The notes beneath the pieces are model-generated. The model had not been told where the DNA came from. It searched no databases and saw only the letters and a list, made by a program, of their open reading frames with translations. Below are positions 58,195 to 64,000 of a DNA stretch of 64,000 nucleotides, piece by piece; the stretch's first letter is position 1, and each line of letters starts with the position of its first letter. The stretch spans positions 77,450 through 141,449 of the forward strand of contig CAYOYN010000001.1 of NCBI GenBank assembly GCA_964408235.1. Direction: 5' to 3'. Source of the DNA: Candidatus Woesearchaeota archaeon. GTDB taxonomy: Archaea > Nanobdellota > Nanobdellia > Pacearchaeales > GW2011-AR1. Made by a program: the position numbers and the translations under genes.

Positions 58195-59003
58195 TATTTA
58201 TTCCACCTTCCTACTTTATTGTAAATGCTAAATGCAGCCCTTGTAATAGCAAAAAATAACAGAACAACCATTAATATATCGATGAGGAGGAATGCTGAGA
58301 TTAAGATAATAATCTGTAAATTACTGAAAACTCCGACATTCATTAATGCTGAAAATCCAATTAATAATATTGCATCAAAGAACGTTATAAAAATCGAAAT
58401 TCCTAATATATTTAGTATCAAAGAACCAAAACCCCTTAGTTTAGGTAAAAAGTAAAAGAAAATGCCTATGGGCAAAAGAACTATGCCTATTGCAACTATC
58501 GCATACCTTAAAGTTAATACAAGAGCAGTTAAAATTAATACTGCAACGTAAACTATTCCTAAACTTAATGCTAAACCAAGCCCTATTGTGCTACTTACTT
58601 GTATGCTAAAGAAATTTTCATCAACAATATTCAATGTTGCAGAAGTCATAGAAGATGCCAGATCTAAAACTAATTGGTAGAGAAAGAATGAAGATTGAAC
58701 TAAAACAATCATTATTATGATATTTCTTATCCATTCCTTTGCTGATTCTCTTTTTTCAGAATCATAACCTGAAATAAGAAAGCTTATTCCGACTCCAACT
58801 AAAAGCAACGCATAGAACATAGAAAGCATGTAGACAATAATTACCCATAAACTCAAGAAAATCTGAGTATGAACATCTGCAGATAATAAATTAAGAACTA
58901 TTTGCAAAAATGGCTGAATTGGAGCATTAACTACGTTAAATAGAAAATTAAAGAACATCTCTGGAAGACAAGCTCCAAGATTAACTAATCCACAATTAGG
59001 CAT
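58194..59003 (-). CDS. Polytopic membrane protein (VirB6/TrbL-like candidate) containing a pilin-like motif
   Basis: 6-7 TM helices. Internal DSEKRESAKEW segment paralogous to the pilin-like gene motif SDPGKRESSKN. Confidence 0.5.
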   Translation of the reverse strand: MPNCGLVNLGACLPEMFFNFLFNVVNAPIQPFLQIVLNLLSADVHTQIFLSLWVIIVYMLSMFYALLLVGVGISFLISGYDSEKRESAKEWIRNIIIMIVLVQSSFFLYQLVLDLASSMTSATLNIVDENFFSIQVSSTIGLGLALSLGIVYVAVLILTALVLTLRYAIVAIGIVLLPIGIFFYFLPKLRGFGSLILNILGISIFITFFDAILLIGFSALMNVGVFSNLQIIILISAFLLIDILMVVLLFFAITRAAFSIYNKVGRWNK

Positions 59004-59391
59004 ATTTTCTAAAAAATGAAGTCTTAGTTAGAAATGAGAATATAATATAATTAAACAAAAGAAGGATAACTATTTTAAAAAATAAAATGAATCTACTTGT
59101 TTCTATTTCATTAAGAGAAAAAGTAAAGTTTGCTTGTGCTTGAGGATAATTTGGACCTTGAGATCCTTGGAATCCGTATTCTTGATCCCATAGAATGCAA
59201 ACCGCCTCTCTTCTTTCTTGTCCAGATGTTTGGCCCCAAATATAATTGCAATCAGCCCTCTTATCCATATTAGTAAAATTAGAGCATTTCAAGTTTGAGG
59301 GACAAGCAGTAACTACTTGCAAAGGCAATAATAAAATCAAAATTCCTATTGCAAGTAAATATACTGCTTCTCTGGTTAATGGTTTATTCAT
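58996..59391 (-). CDS. Secreted Cys-rich protein with C-terminal TM anchor
   Basis: Signal peptide. 4 Cys in the mature domain. C-terminal hydrophobic helix. Confidence 0.45.
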   Translation of the reverse strand: MNKPLTREAVYLLAIGILILLLPLQVVTACPSNLKCSNFTNMDKRADCNYIWGQTSGQERREAVCILWDQEYGFQGSQGPNYPQAQANFTFSLNEIETSRFILFFKIVILLLFNYIIFSFLTKTSFFRKYA

Positions 59392-59392
59392 G

Positions 59393-59719
59393 CTAAATCA
59401 TAAACTGCACAAACCAAGGTGCTGCCCAAATTATTGCAAGTCCAATAAACACATACATAATAGTGTTCTTTGAACTTTCGCGCTTTCCAGGGTCAGAACC
59501 ACTAGTAATGTAACTAACTCCTGCAATTACAAGCATTATAACTGCAATAAAAGTCGCAGCATACTTGATTAGATTATAGATACGTATAATTGGCTCAAGT
59601 ATTGTATTGAATGTCTGTTGCTCTTCTTGGGAGATAGTTCCATTAAACTGAGCACTGACAATCTGTAAAGCAAAGATATATGCAATAATCAAAAGGCTGG
59701 CAAGTTTTTGTACTTTCAT
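59393..59719 (-). CDS. VirB2/TrbC-like conjugative pilin candidate
   Basis: Signal peptide (ASLLIIAYIFALQIVSA). Two hydrophobic helices separated by a short polar loop. ~108 aa. Heads the transfer operon. Confidence 0.5.
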   Translation of the reverse strand: MKVQKLASLLIIAYIFALQIVSAQFNGTISQEEQQTFNTILEPIIRIYNLIKYAATFIAVIMLVIAGVSYITSGSDPGKRESSKNTIMYVFIGLAIIWAAPWFVQFMI

Positions 59720-59931
59720 TCTTCCACCTCCTTTTCAGTTGATTGTTCACGCCATTCGTCCAAGTAAGCTTTAACTTTACGAAATCTCTCTAGCTGTTCC
59801 TCGAAATCGTTTTCGTACTTCCATTTTATGAAAGTTAAACAGTTTTCGCAGAACTCTCTTTCTTTAGTTTCAGCTTCGCAGATAATGCAAATTTTCATGT
59901 CTGTGCTGTGATCTAAAATGTTTATAGGCAA
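59716..59931 (-). CDS. Small zinc-finger protein
   Basis: CIICEAETKEREFCENC (CxxC...CxxC) in 71 aa. 4-nt overlap with the pilin-like gene. Confidence 0.4.
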   Translation of the reverse strand: MPINILDHSTDMKICIICEAETKEREFCENCLTFIKWKYENDFEEQLERFRKVKAYLDEWREQSTEKEVEE

Positions 59932-60682
59932 TCGGAGACCATTTAGTCAACTAACTGGACGTCTAAGTAGTCGACTAGATAGACGCCCAGTTAGTCCCCG
60001 ATTTTTTATAACTCTCAAAAAGAGAAATCCAGTTATGGAAATGAATAAGTTAATTTTAGGCGAATGCCTGGAAGTAATGAAAAATATGCCCAATCAATCT
60101 GTTGACTTAATTATTACAGATCCACCTTACGGAGATAATATTGCTTATTATGGGAATAAAACCATAGAAAATAATGAAAATCCCTTACTAAACTGTAGGG
60201 CTTTGGTTGAAGCTTACAGAATACTAAAGAAAAATAAAACAGTTTACAACTTTACTAATTGGAAACACTTGCCTTTTCTTACAGAATTTGTTACTAAATA
60301 TACCAAATTTAAGATAAGACATGTAATTGTATGGAAAAAGCCAAACTTTGGGATGGGTTATGCTTTTAGACATCAATTTGAGCTTATTCTAGTATTGGAA
60401 AAGGGAAATCCTAAATATAACCTAACAAACTTCTCAAATGTGCAGGAATCTAAGTTTATTTCAGGTAAGTCTATCCATCCTCACCAGAAACCTTTAGATC
60501 TATTGACTAAAATGGTTAAACATAGTTCAAAAGAAGGAGATTTAGTATTTGATCCATTTTGCGGAAGTGGATCTACTTGCATTTCTGCTAAAATGAATGG
60601 TAGAAACTGGCTCGGAATAGAACTAGATCAAAAATACTTACAAATTGCTAAGGAAAGGTTAGAAGAGGATCAAAATGGATAA
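59918..60682 (+). CDS. DNA methyltransferase (beta-class N4-C/N6-A, DPPY motif); real start probably at 60035
   Basis: Motif IV DPPY (LIITDPPYGD) precedes motif I (VFDPFCGSGSTCI). Listed ORF starts at 59918, but the first 39 residues are Arg/Pro-rich and run through the dyad. MEMNKLILGECLE at 60035 is the likely start. Confidence 0.75.
   Translation: MFIGNRRPFSQLTGRLSSRLDRRPVSPRFFITLKKRNPVMEMNKLILGECLEVMKNMPNQSVDLIITDPPYGDNIAYYGNKTIENNENPLLNCRALVEAYRILKKNKTVYNFTNWKHLPFLTEFVTKYTKFKIRHVIVWKKPNFGMGYAFRHQFELILVLEKGNPKYNLTNFSNVQESKFISGKSIHPHQKPLDLLTKMVKHSSKEGDLVFDPFCGSGSTCISAKMNGRNWLGIELDQKYLQIAKERLEEDQNG
59950..59995. promoter_or_regulatory. 46-bp perfectly centred dyad: 12-bp inverted arms flanking a 10-bp palindrome
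   Basis: ACTAACTGGACG (59950-59961) and CGCCCAGTTAGT (59984-59995; 11/12 complementary) flank TAGTCGACTA (59968-59977). All share a centre at 59972.5. Lies between the divergent transfer operon and the MTase gene. Confidence 0.5.
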
Positions 60683-60810
60683 TCTCCGATTAGATGAAAC
60701 TGATTCCGAGTATATTATTTGGATGCTTAAGGAGATACTTAGATACTTGAAGGAAAAACAGGTAAATCTACAATAAGGAAGATTATTAAGTCTTAATTCT
60801 ATCTTAAATA

Positions 60811-61230
60811 ATGCTTGATGGTGTATGGCTTGCAATTTTAGCAATAATTGTTTTTTTATTAATGTTTTATTTTATGTTTAATAAAAATAAGATTAATAGA
60901 CCAATTATTAAAATTGGAACTGTCTGGAAATGGGTAATAGGTTTCGGAATTTATGCATTAATTTCCTTTTTATTTGGTCTTATGGTTTATGACGGCTCTT
61001 CTGGAGAAGGTGGACCACTATATGTATTATGGTTGCCTCCTTTTTGGCCATTAATACCATTTACTATTTTTTCTTCAATGATAGTCGCTTCACTAAATTT
61101 ACACTCGTATTTACCACCAGATGCTTCTGATCTTATAGCTCTTTTTCTTAATATAATTTGGTCTGCGTTAATAGGATTTTTAATTGGTAAATTAATAGTT
61201 AAAGTAAGGAGAAAAAATAATGAAAAATAA
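60811..61230 (+). CDS. Small polytopic membrane protein, paralogue 1 of 3
   Basis: 4 TM. Shares a DGSSGEGGP loop motif and basic C-terminus with the next two genes. Confidence 0.5.
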   Translation: MLDGVWLAILAIIVFLLMFYFMFNKNKINRPIIKIGTVWKWVIGFGIYALISFLFGLMVYDGSSGEGGPLYVLWLPPFWPLIPFTIFSSMIVASLNLHSYLPPDASDLIALFLNIIWSALIGFLIGKLIVKVRRKNNEK

Positions 61231-61639
61231 CCTAATTTGGATTTTACTTGGATCAGTGATTTTTGGTTTAGCTGGTTTCTTAGTTTCAAGTAACCCTCTT
61301 GTTTACTTCTTAACTTTTCTTCCGGGAGCTCTTCTAGCATCTTCATTTTATGGTGGAGAAATTCCATTTATTACTTATGGAGCATTAATTAGCGGTTTAA
61401 TCTTTTGGGCAATTATCTCTTGGATAATATACTTTTCATTAAATAAATTTAGATCTAATTTAGATTACGCAATGCTTTCCTTAATTTTTGTAATATTTTG
61501 GCCAATTGGAGTTGCTATGGGAATTAATTTCTCGCAGTTTGCTTATTGGACAGATAATATTTCATATGTGCTTATGGGAATACCTCTAATTTCAGCAGTT
61601 GCTATTTTATTAGGTTTATGGAGAAAATTTAGAAAATGA
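61220..61639 (+). CDS. Small polytopic membrane protein, paralogue 2 of 3
   Basis: MKNNLIWILLGS start. 4 TM. Overlaps both neighbours. Confidence 0.5.
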   Translation: MKNNLIWILLGSVIFGLAGFLVSSNPLVYFLTFLPGALLASSFYGGEIPFITYGALISGLIFWAIISWIIYFSLNKFRSNLDYAMLSLIFVIFWPIGVAMGINFSQFAYWTDNISYVLMGIPLISAVAILLGLWRKFRK

Positions 61640-61956
61640 AAAATAAAATAACTTGGATATTTGGCTCTATTTTTGGACTTTATGCTTTATCTTATGTTTT
61701 GGCAGGCTATTATGGAGTAATCCATTACGGAAATTACTATGAACTATTAAATAAACCAATTTTCTTTCTGGTTAGTATTTCTTTTTATGTTATAGCTGTT
61801 CCTTTTTATTTTTCAGGTTTAATTCCTGGAGATGGTTCTGGACCTATAGATCGTTTTTGGATTGAAGGGGTTATTCTTCCAATTCTTATTATAACAATAT
61901 GGACTTTGTTCGGAATGGTCATCGGCTGGTTAATTCAAAAGAGACAAGAGAAATAG
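61636..61956 (+). CDS. Small polytopic membrane protein, paralogue 3 of 3
   Basis: MKNKITWIFGS start. GDGSGPID loop motif. Basic C-terminus (QKRQEK). Confidence 0.5.
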   Translation: MKNKITWIFGSIFGLYALSYVLAGYYGVIHYGNYYELLNKPIFFLVSISFYVIAVPFYFSGLIPGDGSGPIDRFWIEGVILPILIITIWTLFGMVIGWLIQKRQEK

Positions 61957-61991
61957 AATAGTTCCCATCAGGATGCGCGGAATGTATTGAA

Positions 61992-62005
61992 CCCGGCCCG
62001 CGCAT
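61992..62005 (+). repeat. attR-like direct repeat of tRNA-Gly 3' end (cccggcccgcgcat) inside an 8-bp-stem hairpin
   Basis: Exact 14-nt match to 39632-39645. Embedded in atgcgcgg...ccgcgcat inverted repeat (61981-62005). Confidence 0.65.
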
Positions 62006-62076
62006 ATGGAACTTTTGTCTAATTTCGTGAGCATTTAAGATTTGAGCCGGATCATATAAATGTTTAAATATCATGT

Positions 62077-62565
62077 TTGCAGTTTTTTATAATGGTCAAA
62101 AAAGTTAATGTTTTACCAAATTCTACTGATTCTACTCTTGAAACTCTTGCCGAGTTAAGTGTTTTAATGCTTGGAAATGTAAGTCTTGATAACCCCCGTA
62201 GTAGAGGGTTTAAGGTTTTAGTTGTCGATTCAACAGCTAAAGGTTCTGTAATGGGTGGTTGTTATGCAGGTCACGATGGGCGCGCTTATGTAAGTAGGAA
62301 AAACATATTTGTTCCTTCACACCAAGTTGACGACCCATTACTAATATTTTATACAGGATTTGTTAATTCCCTTACTTGGAGAAAAGATAAGGTTGTTGTC
62401 CCTGTAAGAGAAGAGGCTTATGACTTAATTAGAGATTTAAGTGAAAGAAAAGGTTATGAACTTAGAGAACTCCGTAGTTTAGATGAGCTATCAGGGTTTA
62501 GGTCCTCTGACGGCCGTACAATGATGCATAATTATAAGAACCCTATGGAGCTTTTAGGATTATAG
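62077..62565 (+). CDS. Hypothetical protein
   Basis: 162-aa ORF, Arg/Gly-rich. Confidence 0.45.
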   Translation: MQFFIMVKKVNVLPNSTDSTLETLAELSVLMLGNVSLDNPRSRGFKVLVVDSTAKGSVMGGCYAGHDGRAYVSRKNIFVPSHQVDDPLLIFYTGFVNSLTWRKDKVVVPVREEAYDLIRDLSERKGYELRELRSLDELSGFRSSDGRTMMHNYKNPMELLGL

Positions 62566-62729
62566 CTCTAAATTATTAATTTATCTTATCTCGACAATGC
62601 TTATAAATCCCAAGCATTTTTGTTGTTTGTTAAATTAGTGAACACAAATGCTCATCAGATTAGACAAAACTTGCTAGTGCACGGCCCACAATCCCAATAT
62701 TTATATACTAACTATAGTGCCTATATAAC

Positions 62730-62966
62730 ATGGAAAAGACAACTATCCAAATAAGCAACAGAACTCTTGAAAGATTGAAAATGCTAAAAGTTGTTGAGAA
62801 ACAATCTTATGATGATATACTGAATAGTTTAATTGATAATCAAGATGAATATTCTCTTAGCGCTGATGAAATAGATGAAATTAAAATTGGATTAGATGAT
62901 ATTAAAGCAGGAAGAGTAAAATCTATTGAACAAGTTGCTAGAGAGCTGGGAATAGCATTAAAGTAA
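62730..62966 (+). CDS. Type II antitoxin (RHH/Phd-like)
   Basis: 78-aa acidic protein directly upstream of the RelE/ParE-like gene with 1-nt spacing. N-terminal TTIQISNRTLERLK typical of RHH antitoxins. Confidence 0.55.
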   Translation: MEKTTIQISNRTLERLKMLKVVEKQSYDDILNSLIDNQDEYSLSADEIDEIKIGLDDIKAGRVKSIEQVARELGIALK

Positions 62967-62967
62967 A

Positions 62968-63216
62968 ATGTATTCTATTGAGATTACTGCAAATGCTGAA
63001 AAATTCTTAAAGAAACTTGAGAATAAAGATGCTGAACTGATTTTAAGAAAGATCTATGAATTACGCGAAAATCCTTTTAGATTTCTAAAGAGGTTACAAG
63101 GAGAGAAACTTTGGAGACTAAGAATTGCCGATTTTAGAGCTATACTTGATGTAGTAGTTTCTGGAAATAAAATAGTTGTAGTAAGAATTGGACGTAGAAA
63201 GAACGTTTATGATTAA
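62968..63216 (+). CDS. RelE/ParE-family toxin
   Basis: 82 aa. FLKKL...DAELI..K..EL.ENP....K.L.GE.LWRLRIADFRAI pattern characteristic of RelE/ParE. Confidence 0.65.
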   Translation: MYSIEITANAEKFLKKLENKDAELILRKIYELRENPFRFLKRLQGEKLWRLRIADFRAILDVVVSGNKIVVVRIGRRKNVYD

Positions 63217-63254
63217 TCCCGTATCAATCTAAAATGGCTGAAGAACCATGAGTG

Positions 63255-63268
63255 CGGCCCGCGCATAT
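63255..63268 (+). repeat. Second att-like repeat copy (cggcccgcgcatat)
   Basis: Exact 14-nt match to 61994-62007. 11-nt core ggcccgcgcat shared with the tRNA-Gly 3' end. Confidence 0.55.
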
Positions 63269-63297
63269 TTATATAAAATCTCAACATATCTAAATTT

Positions 63298-63603
63298 ATG
63301 AAAAATATATCTTCGGGCACAATCCATAAAATGCCTTCAGATCTAAAGAAAGTTCTTTTAGAACATCAAGAAGCTTTAGATCAATGGGAAAGTCTTACGC
63401 CTCTTGCTAGAAATGAATTTATCTGCTGGATAGAAGATGCTAAGAAAAATGAGACTAGGATAGAAAGGATTGGTAGGACACTTAATGACTTGATTAATGG
63501 CAAACGCAGACCTTGCTGTTGGATTGGATGTATTCATAGAACTGACAAAGCAATAAGCCCTTCAATTAAAGGTATACTTGCTAGAAGAACCAAGAAAAAA
63601 TAA
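63298..63603 (+). CDS. YdeI/OmpD-associated (DUF1801/DUF1905-like) family protein
   Basis: LARNEFICWIEDAKKNETRIERI resembles the conserved core of YdeI-family proteins. Confidence 0.5.
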   Translation: MKNISSGTIHKMPSDLKKVLLEHQEALDQWESLTPLARNEFICWIEDAKKNETRIERIGRTLNDLINGKRRPCCWIGCIHRTDKAISPSIKGILARRTKKK

Positions 63604-63635
63604 GCTTAACTTAGAAAAATCTAAAACCAAATTAT

Positions 63636-63860
63636 TCAAGCAGATTTTCTATCTTTAGAATAATTGAAATAAGTTTGAACCCTGTCATAATCTGCAAGTT
63701 GATGGTCCACTAATCTTGGTTGATAAGATGGGCTAGAGTAAGGGTTTAACCCCATAGTCATATCCTTATCTGCAACTTTTTCAAGAGCAAGTTTATCCCT
63801 TTTTGCAGCTTCAAATTCCAAAGTCCTTTCAAGAAGAACTCTTATTAAATCTACATTCAT
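63636..63860 (-). CDS. Hypothetical small protein
   Basis: 74-aa ORF, no motif. Confidence 0.3.
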   Translation of the reverse strand: MNVDLIRVLLERTLEFEAAKRDKLALEKVADKDMTMGLNPYSSPSYQPRLVDHQLADYDRVQTYFNYSKDRKSA

Positions 63861-64000
63861 AACTTTAACTCTAAAGTAACAGTATTTAAGGCTTTTGAAA
63901 AAAACTAAATAAGATTATGTAGTTACTATATAATAATTACAATAAGTAAGATTTAAATACCTATATGAAACTACTTATAAGTGAACAAAATGGCAAACAA

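Larger units (their letters stand above)
39645..62005. mobile_element. Integrated conjugative-type element (~22.4 kb) inserted at the tRNA-Gly 3' end
   Basis: tRNA-Gly immediately followed by a tyrosine integrase. Cargo of RM, transfer and accessory genes. Terminates at a direct repeat of the tRNA 3' end. Confidence 0.65.

Noticed and set aside
4567-61367. Remaining short overlapping ORFs from the track (e.g. 4567-4773, 8191-8436, 9572-9760, 10256-10474, 18413-18640, 20149-20364, 20904-21125, 27930-28184, 33291-33632, 33717-33935, 34294-34482, 37816-37998, 38008-38196, 38575-38793, 42364-42567, 47031-47225, 47920-48171, 50131-50319, 52117-52371, 53335-53595, 55296-55505, 55735-55920, 57094-57300, 58225-58455, 59246-59473, 60659-60844, 60987-61367)
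   Set aside because: Each is nested in or antisense to a longer, motif-supported gene and has biased low-complexity composition. No independent support.
61961-62010. Degenerate tRNA-Gly pseudogene at the right junction
   Set aside because: GCGCGG...GTAT...CCCGGCCCGCGCA mimics both acceptor-stem halves of tRNA-Gly. It lacks D, anticodon and T arms. It is better explained as the att core within a hairpin than as a tRNA remnant.
1-64000. CRISPR array
   Set aside because: No series of regularly spaced direct repeats was seen anywhere in the window. The only repeated units are the att-like 14-mers and simple AT-rich palindromes.

Overview
The window is AT-rich archaeal DNA. Evidence for archaea: archaeal-type ThrRS and GluRS, ribosomal proteins L10e/L35Ae, class-III-signal-peptide pilins, TATA-box promoters, and tRNAs without encoded CCA. 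Positions 1-39.5 kb read as ordinary chromosome. Genes there include class II ribonucleotide reductase (partial), cysteine desulfurase, exonuclease III, HtpX, LemA, a HAD hydrolase, ThrRS, GluRS, PEP synthase, a DHH phosphoesterase and a pilin cluster, plus many lineage-specific hypotheticals. A divergent tRNA-Val/tRNA-Gly pair sits at 39.44-39.64 kb. Directly downstream of tRNA-Gly is a tyrosine integrase followed by ~22 kb of accessory DNA. This block ends at a 14-bp direct repeat of the tRNA-Gly 3' end (61992-62005). A second repeat copy at 63255-63268 closes a ~1.25 kb segment carrying a RelE/ParE toxin-antitoxin pair. I interpret this as a tRNA-Gly-integrated conjugative-type element. It carries (i) a type I restriction-modification locus (hsdM, hsdS, hsdR) with seven extra unknown or membrane genes embedded. 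(ii) A tightly overlapping six-gene operon: a MoaA-like radical-SAM enzyme, a MobA/CofC-like nucleotidyltransferase, a P-loop nucleotide kinase, a CYTH triphosphatase, a histidine phosphatase and a small unknown protein. It is divergently paired with an AbrB-PhoU-like regulator and a Nudix hydrolase. This looks like a nucleotide-tailoring or antiviral-nucleotide pathway that I cannot match to any described system. (iii) A compact T4SS/Ced-like transfer module: a VirB2-like pilin, a polytopic membrane protein, a VirB3-like protein, and a VirB4 'DEAW' ATPase with an unusual C-terminal PD-(D/E)xK-like domain. (iv) A DPPY-motif DNA methyltransferase preceded by a perfectly symmetric 46-bp dyad, which could be an operator or oriT. 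(v) Three tandem paralogous small membrane proteins. All functional calls rest on motif recognition in the provided translations. No database search was possible.
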